Assembly: GCA_964580715.1 (NCBI GenBank) | Contig: CAZOKU010000001.1 | Coordinates: 17,310 to 81,309 of the forward strand | Direction of reading: 5' to 3' | DNA length: 64,000 nucleotides | Source of the DNA: an uncultured Rhizobium sp. | GTDB lineage: Bacteria > Pseudomonadota > Alphaproteobacteria > Rickettsiales > UBA1997 | Shown here: positions 8,580 to 17,636 of the stretch, piece by piece | Numbering within the stretch: the first letter of the stretch is position 1 | Layout: every line of letters begins with the position of its first letter | Position numbers and translations under genes: made by a program | Notes under the pieces: generated by a model | Told to the model about the DNA's origin: nothing | Databases searched by the model: none | Seen by the model: the letters and a program-made list of their open reading frames with translations, nothing else

Positions 8580-9359
8580 ATGACTAAAAATAAGAACTTT
8601 CAAACTGAATTTATAAAAGCCGCAAAGGAATTTAATGGAAATGATAAGCTATTAACGTCAGATTTTTTAGAAATGGCTTACAAAGAATATTTTTATTCCT
8701 CTAATTATTTGGCCAATCAAGAAGTTAATGAGTTGACTCGCTATTCATCTTGGAATATTTGTTATAAATATTTTCGAGACGAATTTTTTAAAAAAGATAA
8801 AATTAAAGACGAAGATCCAGACCTTAGAATAGCTGGACTTCATTTGGCTTTTTATCTAGCGAGCTGGGGTATGTTTAGAAATCCAATGCTCTTAAATTCT
8901 GGTATTAAAAAATATGAACTTTTAGCCAAAGAACTATTCAGTTTTAAAGGTTGTAGCGAATCTAAAAATCAACAGTTTGAAAAAATAAAATCATTCCTAG
9001 AAGAATGGGAAAAAAACCCAGCAGAAACATCTGGAGCAATTGCAAATAACCAAATAAACCCAACCGACACCCTAATAACAAAAATAATGCTCGGAGCATA
9101 CTCAAATACTCCTGCTTTTGATAGGTTTTTTAAAACAACAGTAAGTAGATTTTATATTGAGAATAATGGCAGACTCGTCGGGAAGTTAGAGGAAAAAATA
9201 CAAAAGATTTTTAGTATCAAAATTGAAGGCGATATAACGGTAGGTGACTTTATAAAATCACTTAGCAAAAACTCTGCTAAAGAATTTTCCCTAGAGGACA
9301 TAAAGATCCTCGACGCAATATTTTTTCAGATTGGCTGGGCTCTCGACTACAAAGAGTAA
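8580..9359 (+). CDS. hypothetical protein (259 aa), opposite-strand insert between gpX and gpU
   Basis: Long uninterrupted ORF in AT-rich DNA that fills the gap. The predicted protein is helical (LHLAFYLASWGMFRNP, TLITKIMLGAYSNTPAFDRFF). Family not recognised. Confidence 0.6.
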   Translation: MTKNKNFQTEFIKAAKEFNGNDKLLTSDFLEMAYKEYFYSSNYLANQEVNELTRYSSWNICYKYFRDEFFKKDKIKDEDPDLRIAGLHLAFYLASWGMFRNPMLLNSGIKKYELLAKELFSFKGCSESKNQQFEKIKSFLEEWEKNPAETSGAIANNQINPTDTLITKIMLGAYSNTPAFDRFFKTTVSRFYIENNGRLVGKLEEKIQKIFSIKIEGDITVGDFIKSLSKNSAKEFSLEDIKILDAIFFQIGWALDYKE

Positions 9360-9374
9360 GGGAGATAATTCTAA

Positions 9375-9869
9375 TCATATTGCTTTCAAAACATTCTGAA
9401 TAATTCCTTTAATGCCTGGTTTTGCATCTTCGCCATAACGCTTAAGAGTAATTGAAAATTCGATTTTAAGTGGTGCGCCATCTTTCATAAACACACTTTG
9501 GTTTTCAGAAATTTTTACAATACACCATCTACCAAAGGCATTACCATTTCCGGAAATTAGCATTAGTGGTTTTCCAATCCCTGCCTCAGCGCGCATTAAA
9601 GTAACCTGGCGTAGTCCACCCTTAAAATGAGGATAAATCACACCATCAAGATCAATTGTTTCCACACCAAAACCAGTGAATTGTAAGGCAGGATTTGTGC
9701 CGATGCGATTAATTTCCTGCCAATGATATTCACTTTGTCTTTTAAGATTTTGAAAAGCAGCAGAGCTAATTGCAAAGCGATAAACACCAAGAATCATCAT
9801 CATATTGATTCCAAGCGCGCTATTTAAATTCAGTTTGCCACCAAGATTTTTAAAAGAATCAAAAGCCAT
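9375..9869 (-). CDS. tail protein U (P2 gpU-like)
   Basis: 164 aa, immediately after the tape measure with shared boundary codons. YRF..S....Q.L.R...Y.W......G..PA.QF.G...E...L.GV..P matches the gpU pattern. Confidence 0.85.
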   Translation of the reverse strand: MAFDSFKNLGGKLNLNSALGINMMMILGVYRFAISSAAFQNLKRQSEYHWQEINRIGTNPALQFTGFGVETIDLDGVIYPHFKGGLRQVTLMRAEAGIGKPLMLISGNGNAFGRWCIVKISENQSVFMKDGAPLKIEFSITLKRYGEDAKPGIKGIIQNVLKAI

Positions 9870-12190
9870 TAATCGTAATTTAAAGCAAATTTTCGTGCAG
9901 ATAATTTTCTGAAAGTTTCATTTAGTGCAGCTTTTATATGATCAGCAATTTTTTTCTCATCAACATTGTTACCAGCGTTTATGGTAATTGGTGCAGAAAT
10001 TGAAATTTGCTGTGATCCACTATTATTTGCTGAAGATGAAATTAAGGGTATTTCCAATGATGGAATTTTTTCTATATCACTTTTTGTATCAAAGTTGCTG
10101 ACGATATTTCCAACTACTGATGACGATTTCTGCTCTTTAGAATCAGAATTTCCAGCAACAAAATTCCATGCTTTTCCAGCAACACTTGTAATAGAGCTAA
10201 CAACTGATTTTAAAGGTTTTGCAAGCTTCATTACCCACTCAAAAGCAGTTTTTACCCATCCAACAATTCCGCTAAAAATATTTTTGAAAAATTCACCAAC
10301 CGGAGTCCAATTTTTTATCAGCAAAGTTGCACCAATAGCAATTCCCGCAATTATAAGTCCGATTGGATTTGAGATTAAAGCCAAACCCATTGCTCTTATA
10401 GCAGTAGTAATGGCGGGCATTACCATACCAACTAAAGTAAGAGTGGTTCTAAAAGCCAATAACGCACCTTGCGCTGCTAAAAATCCACCACGCAAAAAAG
10501 TAAAGGCATAGCCAAGAGCAATTGAGGCAACTTTGAATGCAATTAAAGAAGTAATTGTCAGGCCGATATATTTTGTAATGACCGGAAATCTTTCTGCTAA
10601 AGCGCTGACTTTGCTGGCAAAAGCTGCTGTGCCGTTTGCTGCTGCGGTTAATGTGGGAAGAAGAGTATTACCAAGAGAAATTCCAACTGATTCAATTGCT
10701 GATTGAAATTCTTTGAAAGAACCAACAGTGGTATTTTGCAATCTTTCTGCCATTTTTTTGGCAGTGCCGTCAGCATTATTTATTTTATTTAAAACTTCAT
10801 CAACAGAGCCGGTTTCAAATCCTTTAAAAATTGCTAAAGCGCCAGATGTTGAGTAAGTTCCAAAAATATCTTTGATAACTCCTAACTTTTGATCATCAGA
10901 AAGATTTTTGGTTGCTTGATGTAAATCGCGTAAAATATCAACCATCGAACGCATTTTGCCCTTGTCAAAAATCTTGACTCCAAGACCTTTAAGTCTGCTT
11001 TGAGCAAGCAAAGCTTCCTTAGCAACATCAGGCATTTCTTCAGCGCTGATTTTCATTTGATCGCGCATTTCGCCAAGCGCTTTTGCACCGGCTCTTGCGG
11101 GAGCAGCGAGGCGTAAATATGCTGATCTTAGCATCGTTCCTGCCATTGTTGCCTGAATTCCTGCATTACTCAAAACACCAGCAAGAGCTGTGGTTTCTTG
11201 TAGACTTCCACCAACTGCCGCTGCTGCAGGTGCAACGAATTTCATCGTTTCACCAAGCATTTTAACATCGGTGTTAGTTGCAATTGCAGCTTGCGCCAAA
11301 ACATCTGCCGCTTCGCCAGCGCGTTCAGCTTTCATTGCAAAGCCATTCAGAATATTTGATACAATCTCTGCTGATTGTGCTAACTCCATATTATCAGCAA
11401 TTGCCAAATTTAAAATTGCCGGAGTTGCTGCTAAAATTTGATTGGTTCTAAAACCAGCCATGCCAAGAAATTTCATGGCCTCAGCAGCTTGAGCGGAAGT
11501 GTATTGCGTGGTTGCGCCAAGCTCTCTGGCTTTAGCAGTGAGTTGCTTAAATCCTTCTGAATTAGCAGCTTCTTCAGTAACAGCACCAACTTGTGCCATA
11601 GCAAATTCAAAATCTACTGCTGGTTTTATTGCGGCATAAAGTGAACTTCCTAAAGCAACTGCATCAACCATTTGCGCGCGGTAATTAGCACGATTGTTTA
11701 GGTTTTGTGATTTGGCATCGGCATTGGTTTGAAGAGCTGCCTGTCTCTTTTTTAAAGTTCCAAGAGTTTTGCCAAGTGATGCTTGTTGTTGATTTAAATT
11801 TTTGAAATCAACGCCAGCAGCGCTTAATGCTTTACCCATTTCACGAGTTGCTTGTGCCGACTCCATGAAAGCAGTTTTTGCTCTTTGTGCTGCCGCTTCT
11901 GATTTGCGAAAATTATTTTGAAGCTCTTTGGAAGGCTTATCAGTTTTGCTGATTTCTGCGCTTAAGAGATTGAGCTTTTGCTTTGCATCTTGATAAGCAA
12001 TTGATGCTTCTTTTGTTGCGCGTGATGATTTTCTGAAAGCCTCAATTTCTGATGCTTTGTCATTAACTTTTTTTATTGCATCACCAAGTGCTGAAAGTTG
12101 CTTGTTCGCTCCACTGAAAGAATCTCGGAAAGACTTTCCCAGATCAGCACCAATCAGTATTGATACAGCAGTGTGAGTTGAAGATGACAT
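9869..12190 (-). CDS. tail tape measure protein
   Basis: 773 aa, Ala/Gly-rich and helical with a hydrophobic central block. Positioned after gpE/E'. Confidence 0.9.
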   Translation of the reverse strand: MSSSTHTAVSILIGADLGKSFRDSFSGANKQLSALGDAIKKVNDKASEIEAFRKSSRATKEASIAYQDAKQKLNLLSAEISKTDKPSKELQNNFRKSEAAAQRAKTAFMESAQATREMGKALSAAGVDFKNLNQQQASLGKTLGTLKKRQAALQTNADAKSQNLNNRANYRAQMVDAVALGSSLYAAIKPAVDFEFAMAQVGAVTEEAANSEGFKQLTAKARELGATTQYTSAQAAEAMKFLGMAGFRTNQILAATPAILNLAIADNMELAQSAEIVSNILNGFAMKAERAGEAADVLAQAAIATNTDVKMLGETMKFVAPAAAAVGGSLQETTALAGVLSNAGIQATMAGTMLRSAYLRLAAPARAGAKALGEMRDQMKISAEEMPDVAKEALLAQSRLKGLGVKIFDKGKMRSMVDILRDLHQATKNLSDDQKLGVIKDIFGTYSTSGALAIFKGFETGSVDEVLNKINNADGTAKKMAERLQNTTVGSFKEFQSAIESVGISLGNTLLPTLTAAANGTAAFASKVSALAERFPVITKYIGLTITSLIAFKVASIALGYAFTFLRGGFLAAQGALLAFRTTLTLVGMVMPAITTAIRAMGLALISNPIGLIIAGIAIGATLLIKNWTPVGEFFKNIFSGIVGWVKTAFEWVMKLAKPLKSVVSSITSVAGKAWNFVAGNSDSKEQKSSSVVGNIVSNFDTKSDIEKIPSLEIPLISSSANNSGSQQISISAPITINAGNNVDEKKIADHIKAALNETFRKLSARKFALNYD

Positions 12191-12238
12191 TTCTAGTGCT
12201 ATTTGCTAAATTTTTTCTAAAGCCAAAAATTAAAATTT

Positions 12239-12997
12239 ATGAACAAACTAAATACAAAATTCATCGAATGGGCATCTTCTTTATCTGGATGTAATGGTGG
12301 TAATCCTCGTGCAGAAATTTGGGTATGTGGCATAGAGCACGGCCTGGGAAAAAGTGATAATCCAGAAAATTATTACTCCAACAAGTTACCGCAAGAAATC
12401 GCAAAAGGAGCATTTACTCCCTCTGAAAAATATGACTGGAGATCGCACTTAAAATATGGGTATGGCAGAAGCTTGGCAAAACTTTACTCTGCGGTAAAAG
12501 GGCGTGATATTAGAAATTATAAAGAACTCGCTAATGAAAACGATAATCACCAAATATTTCAACTTAACCTTTACCCTATAGCTTTTAATAGCGTAAAAAG
12601 CGATTTATGGAAACAGAATAAAATGCCAGAACTAACTGGTTTCGAAGAAAAACATTTATTCAAAACATGGTGTTTTCTGCATCGCTTTCCAAAAATTTCT
12701 AAGATGGTTTCAAAAACAGGTTATTCGCCTAAATTAATCATCGGAACTGGTGTGAATTATTTAACTGACTTCTTTTCTTGTTTTGCTGGAGCTAGCGGAA
12801 TTGATACGCCAATTCACATTGGGATAATTCCAATTTCAGAAAAAAATAAAAAGAAACGCATTTACTATTGGGCAAAGCTTAGCAACGGAACTCTTCTTGT
12901 GGTTATTCCTTTTTTTTCGAGTCAGAGCGGATTAAACAGCGACTATCTTCTGCAGAAAATGGGTGAAGAAATAAGAAATTTGGTGCCAAATATTTAA
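12239..12997 (+). CDS. hypothetical protein (252 aa), opposite-strand insert between tape measure and gpE'; weak uracil-DNA-glycosylase-superfamily-like motif order
   Basis: ORF fills the gap exactly, with its stop 4 nt from the gpE' stop. EIWVCGIEHGLG, LNLYPIAFNS and VVIPFFSSQSGLNS occur in the order of UDG-fold motifs. This is a tentative by-eye impression only. Confidence 0.55.
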   Translation: MNKLNTKFIEWASSLSGCNGGNPRAEIWVCGIEHGLGKSDNPENYYSNKLPQEIAKGAFTPSEKYDWRSHLKYGYGRSLAKLYSAVKGRDIRNYKELANENDNHQIFQLNLYPIAFNSVKSDLWKQNKMPELTGFEEKHLFKTWCFLHRFPKISKMVSKTGYSPKLIIGTGVNYLTDFFSCFAGASGIDTPIHIGIIPISEKNKKKRIYYWAKLSNGTLLVVIPFFSSQSGLNSDYLLQKMGEEIRNLVPNI

Positions 12998-13001
12998 ATT
13001 T

Positions 13002-13378
13002 TTATACCTTCATTTCTACATCAATAGCAGCCTTATACCAATCACTAAAATCCTCTTCCGTCATTTCTAAAATTTCAGAGAGTTGCCAATTGGTTATTTT
13101 TGAGAGGATGATGATTGTGCTGACGACATCTCCTCTGAATTGAAAAAACCCAAATACATCTTTTGCAGATTTGAGTAATCAGCTTCATCAAGCTCTTCAA
13201 TTACCTTTGGCTCAACTTCACAAAGATTGGCAAAAAGCCTGATTTCTTTTTCTTCGTCAGAGACATTTTTCATTTTTGCTACCAAAAGACGATCTTTGAT
13301 TTTTGAGCGTCTCATGGTTAAACTAGTTAAAGTTTCACCAGTTGCTTCAACTGGATATTTTAGTTTGATTGTTTCCAT
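13002..13378 (-). CDS. gpE+E' tail chaperone fusion produced by programmed -1 frameshift
   Basis: The -1 frame is open from the T TTT TTC heptamer to TAA at 13002. The encoded tail ...NWQLSEILEMTEEDFSDWYKAAIDVEMKV resembles the P2 GpE' family. Confidence 0.6.
13094..13378 (-). CDS. tail assembly chaperone gpE (P2 E-like)
   Basis: 94 aa between tail tube and tape measure. Contains a slippery site near its 3' end. Confidence 0.8.
   Translation of the reverse strand: METIKLKYPVEATGETLTSLTMRRSKIKDRLLVAKMKNVSDEEKEIRLFANLCEVEPKVIEELDEADYSNLQKMYLGFFNSEEMSSAQSSSSQK
13142..13148 (-). promoter_or_regulatory. -1 ribosomal frameshift slippery heptamer T TTT TTC
   Basis: Read in the gpE zero frame as GGT TTT TTC. 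The position (about 15 codons before the gpE stop) and the open -1 frame fit the conserved E/E' mechanism. Confidence 0.6.
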
Positions 13379-13387
13379 ATTTTTTAA

Positions 13388-13627
13388 ATGAAGATTTCAG
13401 TAAAAGTAATTCCTAACGCCAAACAAAATGAGGTTGTTGACGATGCTTTCGATTTGCTTGGGGCAAGAATCTTGAAAGTTAAAGTTAATCAACCGCCTGA
13501 AGATGGTAAGGCGAATAAGGCTGTGGTGGAGTTGTTGGCTGAATATTTTAAAGTAAGAAAAAACGCTGTTTCGATAATTGCTGGCGAGACTTCGAGAAAT
13601 AAAATTATCGAGATTAAAACCGTTTAA
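13388..13627 (+). CDS. DUF167 (YggU-like) family protein, opposite-strand insert between gpE and tail tube
   Basis: KISVKVIPNAKQNEVV...LKVKVNQPPEDGKANKAVVELLAEYFKVRKNAVSIIAGETSRNKIIEI matches the YggU/DUF167 pattern throughout. Its stop codon overlaps the convergent tail-tube stop within TTTAAA. Confidence 0.8.
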   Translation: MKISVKVIPNAKQNEVVDDAFDLLGARILKVKVNQPPEDGKANKAVVELLAEYFKVRKNAVSIIAGETSRNKIIEIKTV

Positions 13628-14124
13628 ATTCCAAGCGCTTTACGAACATCAATCATCTTATCTTGGCCACCGATTTTTCTTGTCATGTTGTCGATGTCGA
13701 TTTCAATTAATTGTTCACCATCAATTTCAAGTGAGTAATAACGGCAGGCAATGCTGCATTGTAGTGTTCCTTTTTCACCGGCGGAAAGTTTTCCCATATC
13801 CATTTCGGTATACATACCTCGTAACTTAACAATCATTGGAGAAACATTTGAATCATCTTGTAAGGCTCCACGAATGGTAATTTGAACTGCATTACCTGAA
13901 ACTAAACCGAACTGCTTTAAAACATCTTTGTCATATTCTAAAAGCGTAAAAGAGGATTCTAATTTTTCTATGCCCATATCTACAAAAACTGGAGAATCCA
14001 TGCCTCCTGCGCGAAATTCTTCGGTTTTTACAGCAAGTTTTGGTAGGTTAACTTCTTCAACTTTTCCAACATAGCCACGGCCATCAATGAATAAGTTGAA
14101 GTTCTTTAAAATTTTGGGGATCAT
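13624..14124 (-). CDS. tail tube protein (P2 FII-like)
   Basis: 166 aa. MIPKILKNFNLFIDGRGYVGKVEEVNLPKL...EFRAGGMD is the classic FII N-terminus. Confidence 0.9.
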   Translation of the reverse strand: MIPKILKNFNLFIDGRGYVGKVEEVNLPKLAVKTEEFRAGGMDSPVFVDMGIEKLESSFTLLEYDKDVLKQFGLVSGNAVQITIRGALQDDSNVSPMIVKLRGMYTEMDMGKLSAGEKGTLQCSIACRYYSLEIDGEQLIEIDIDNMTRKIGGQDKMIDVRKALGI

Positions 14125-14165
14125 GGCTAAAATTGTTTAGGTTAAAATAAAAATTAGATAAACTA

Positions 14166-14519
14166 ATGATACGATATCAAAACTTACTCTCAGAGATAGA
14201 GCGATTTCGCAATGAAGAACTTCCTCCAAGAAGCGAAGATCCATTGATTTTACTGAGCTTACTAGACAAGAAACCAATCAAAATAGGTTACGGATTTTGT
14301 GGGATGTGTGACAGTATAATGCGCGATGAATGGACATTTGAGTTAGATAATGGCCGTTATGATTTGTATCATCTTGTAAACCACTTTAAACTACTTAGGA
14401 TTAGTGAGTACGATATACTCATAAAATACCTTGAAGAAGATCTTCTTAAGAGTGTTGAGTTAAAAAAATCACAATCCATATCGCATAAAATTGCAAACTT
14501 CATAAAAAAATTAGTTTAG
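14166..14519 (+). CDS. hypothetical protein (117 aa), opposite-strand insert between tail tube and sheath
   Basis: Only ORF in the gap, ending 9 nt before the sheath stop. No recognised motifs. Confidence 0.5.
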   Translation: MIRYQNLLSEIERFRNEELPPRSEDPLILLSLLDKKPIKIGYGFCGMCDSIMRDEWTFELDNGRYDLYHLVNHFKLLRISEYDILIKYLEEDLLKSVELKKSQSISHKIANFIKKLV

Positions 14520-14528
14520 TTACCAATT

Positions 14529-15749
14529 TTATTTAAAAAGTTCTTCCAGATAATCATCAACCATTCTTGAACGGAATGTGATATGTTCTGCGGGATATGG
14601 AGGAGTAAAATCAAAATCGAACGAAACTTTGCCTTGTGCGATTTGATCCGGAGTATTTAGTTCTGGATTTACGAAAGCAGTTCCACCAAGAATTGCGCCG
14701 ATGCTTTTTAGATGACGAAGATAATTATTTATTCCTTCAAGAACATCTTCCACATAGGTTTTAGTAATATTGCGATCAACTGCCCACATATGAGATTTAA
14801 GCAGAGAATCATTGATCATGTCGGCCGTTCTTCTTGCTTGCAAAAACATCCATTTTGGGTCTGCAGAAGTTGTTCTGTTGCCCCATAATCTAAAACCGTC
14901 TTGTTGAATTACTGTAACGATGCAATTTTCATTTAAATAATTTGCTTTGCTGCTTGTATCTCCAAGTGCAAAGTCAATTGGTTTTGAAATTCCTACAATT
15001 CCGTTAATCACCATGTTTGATGGCGACCACCAAAAACCTCGTTCATTATCGGATTTAGCAATAAGGCCAGCAATTCTTGAAGAGAGAGGTTGTTCAACAA
15101 TATCTCCGGTTTGTGTGTCTAAAACTTTGCACCATGGGTAAGCTGGATAAATTCTTGATGAACCCCAATCTTTTCTGTAATGAATTGCTTCTGTTTCATT
15201 TGTGTTTGGACAATCAGCAATTATTACCGCTTTTAATTTTTCTGCTATTCCAAGTAGCTCTGCTACAACAGGATTTGCAATAATATTGCCTCCATCTTCA
15301 GGAGTTTGATGAGTGAATCCTGGGGCAATTAAAATCCTTGGTTGAACTCCTACTTCTGAAGCGCAAGCAAGCAATGCGGATGCGCCTTTATATTTTCCTG
15401 TAACAGAATCAATTCCTCCAATGATATCTGATAAAGTGATTTTTTTAGGATCAAGATTTCCGGAATTTAGATGATTAGAATTTGTGGGATCAGCTACATT
15501 AATCACAACTACTAAAGCACCGGTCTGTTTAAATATTCCATCTAAAGCAGCAGGTATGCTGAAATTTTGATCATTACCAAAAACTTTTACTGCTTCTGAA
15601 GGTGAACCAAAAATTAAAGTTGGTGTATTAACCGGACCTTTTGGTGCTGAACCAATAAGACCGATGACAGAAGATTTTACAGTTTGAATTGGTCTTGCAC
15701 CATCATCAATTTCTATAACTTCAACGCCATGTAAAAATTGTTCAGACAT
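14529..15749 (-). CDS. tail sheath protein (P2 FI-like)
   Basis: 406 aa. FLHGVEVIEIDDGARPIQTVKSSVIGLIGSAPKGP is the typical sheath N-terminus. Followed by the tube gene. Confidence 0.9.
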   Translation of the reverse strand: MSEQFLHGVEVIEIDDGARPIQTVKSSVIGLIGSAPKGPVNTPTLIFGSPSEAVKVFGNDQNFSIPAALDGIFKQTGALVVVINVADPTNSNHLNSGNLDPKKITLSDIIGGIDSVTGKYKGASALLACASEVGVQPRILIAPGFTHQTPEDGGNIIANPVVAELLGIAEKLKAVIIADCPNTNETEAIHYRKDWGSSRIYPAYPWCKVLDTQTGDIVEQPLSSRIAGLIAKSDNERGFWWSPSNMVINGIVGISKPIDFALGDTSSKANYLNENCIVTVIQQDGFRLWGNRTTSADPKWMFLQARRTADMINDSLLKSHMWAVDRNITKTYVEDVLEGINNYLRHLKSIGAILGGTAFVNPELNTPDQIAQGKVSFDFDFTPPYPAEHITFRSRMVDDYLEELFK

Positions 15750-16353
15750 TTTGATTGTTGATTTTAGTTAAAATATTTTGCTCAAATTCTTTGAGTGAAT
15801 CCCAAATGATTTTGGTGGTTTCTGCGCCTTCAATTATTATCTTTATTCGCAATGCTTCGCCGTCTATGTAAGTAGAGATGTTGGCGAATTCTTCTGATCG
15901 TTTGATGATCAGTTGGGCTAATTCCAAGACGGTGATTTTTTTGTTATCAGCTTCTAGTTGTAGTGCTTCAATATCTGATTTATCAGGGGTGGCAGACTCA
16001 ATAATGCGAGAAGCAATTTTTGCTTTTGCTTCATATCCGGCAATTCTGCCTGGCATTGAGGATAAAATTTCCACTCGATATTCTTCGGCAATATCTTCAA
16101 TTACAGTTAAACCATTTTTTCTGCTTTCTTCTAAATTCCATTTTAATCTTGGGTCTTGCGGTAATGGAGTTGGTGAATTGAGCATTACGCCTGGCATATT
16201 GATAATGCTTACTGCTGGAGGTATGTTTGATAAAAGTTGTAACTTTAAATCATTAGAAATTCTTATTATTTCCAAGTCAGGATAAAGATTTTTTATATTT
16301 TGATTATTTTCATGGGCAGCAATAACCAGCCCGTCTTTTACAACTAGTTTCAT
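15742..16353 (-). CDS. putative tail fibre assembly/accessory protein
   Basis: 203 aa, positioned between the fibre gene and the sheath, as for P2 G / pyocin chaperones. Sequence itself not recognised. Confidence 0.45.
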   Translation of the reverse strand: MKLVVKDGLVIAAHENNQNIKNLYPDLEIIRISNDLKLQLLSNIPPAVSIINMPGVMLNSPTPLPQDPRLKWNLEESRKNGLTVIEDIAEEYRVEILSSMPGRIAGYEAKAKIASRIIESATPDKSDIEALQLEADNKKITVLELAQLIIKRSEEFANISTYIDGEALRIKIIIEGAETTKIIWDSLKEFEQNILTKINNQNV

Positions 16354-16371
16354 GTCTTTTAAATTTTTTAA

Positions 16372-17631
16372 TTAAGAAAAATATATGAGAGAATCGGTGT
16401 TGCCTAATGCATAAGAGCCGCCAGGAGAGTAGTTGCCACCAGCATTGCCAGACGCATTTCTAGAAGTATTCATTGCATGCATTTCTGATTTATGGGCTGA
16501 ATAATAACCTACGCCACGACAATTTCTTGCCGTTGAATCGTTGGCTATTAAACCAGAACCGTGAATTACATAGTATCCAATATCTGCACCATCAACAGTA
16601 ACATTTGTATTGGCATGAACGTTTGAATTTTGACCAACAACTAATGCGTGAGAGGAAGAATTTTTAATCAATAAATTTGCTGTATTTCCTCCACTATAAA
16701 ACCAAATATTGATTCCATTAACACAATTTTCTATCAGACCATTTTGGATATTTATCGGAGTTACGCCATCTGCAGCCATATCACTTGCCTGATGGAAATG
16801 AAAATCGCTATTCCAATTTGATTGTATGCCAGCCCAAAGATTTCTTAGGGTTACGCCGTATCCAAAAATACTACTGCAATGAAATGATCCCATGCCTATA
16901 CCATAAGGACCAAATCCACTCAGTGTTGATCTGAGCATTTCTATTCTACTGCTTGCGACCGCCCAAACACCGGTTTGTATTTCACTGGCGTTAATATTCC
17001 ATATATCAAGTTTTGAGTTGTCGTGACAATGTGCAACGCCCCATACTCTGTTAAATGTACATGTGTCAATGATGCACGAGCTTTGATATCTTGCTAGAAC
17101 ACCATGAGCTAATCCGCCTCCTGGCACACCCCAGCGCAAAGTTCTATTGCTTAACTTGGTAACAAAATCAGGAGTGAATGCAAAATTTCCTCTGAAAGAA
17201 ATATTCCTCACATACATGTTGGAATTTCTTTCAGCGATCAGCATGAAATGATGCTCGTCACCAACATACTGAAATACTGTATCCCCAGGATTATTTCCCA
17301 AACCTACAACTTGCACATTCTTGAAGAAAGAAAACATTACTTCATGAATGCCCTTGTAAGGAAAACTATAAATGCCAGGATCAATTTCAATTCTCCACAC
17401 AACATCACCTACAAACGCACTACTTGCAACACGCGCAGCAGCATCAACCGGATGTTTAAATTCCTTATCAATGCCAACTTTTAAAACTATCGGATTTGGT
17501 TTTATTAAAGTTCCTTTCCAGTTTTCATATTCCTGTAATTTATTTTCTACTTTACCGGCTAATTTTTCGGACGCAGAAATTAGGTTTCCCACATTGTCAT
17601 TAAGGGAAGCGATTTGTTGTTCTAGCGACAT
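16372..17631 (-). CDS. tail fibre / tailspike distal subunit with predicted beta-helix
   Basis: N-terminal coiled-coil (SLEQQIASLNDNVGNLISASEKLAGKVE) followed by a Gly/Asn/Ser/His-rich repetitive beta-type sequence. Follows the fibre N-terminal gene. Confidence 0.6.
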   Translation of the reverse strand: MSLEQQIASLNDNVGNLISASEKLAGKVENKLQEYENWKGTLIKPNPIVLKVGIDKEFKHPVDAAARVASSAFVGDVVWRIEIDPGIYSFPYKGIHEVMFSFFKNVQVVGLGNNPGDTVFQYVGDEHHFMLIAERNSNMYVRNISFRGNFAFTPDFVTKLSNRTLRWGVPGGGLAHGVLARYQSSCIIDTCTFNRVWGVAHCHDNSKLDIWNINASEIQTGVWAVASSRIEMLRSTLSGFGPYGIGMGSFHCSSIFGYGVTLRNLWAGIQSNWNSDFHFHQASDMAADGVTPINIQNGLIENCVNGINIWFYSGGNTANLLIKNSSSHALVVGQNSNVHANTNVTVDGADIGYYVIHGSGLIANDSTARNCRGVGYYSAHKSEMHAMNTSRNASGNAGGNYSPGGSYALGNTDSLIYFS

Positions 17632-17636
17632 TTGAT

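Noticed and set aside
9966-11441. Plus-strand ORFs of 60-181 aa inside the tape measure gene (9966..10511, 11083..11265, 11190..11441)
   Set aside because: These are antisense shadows of an Ala/Gly-rich gene with locally higher GC. Their products are low-complexity, and the tape measure reading frame is clearly the real one.
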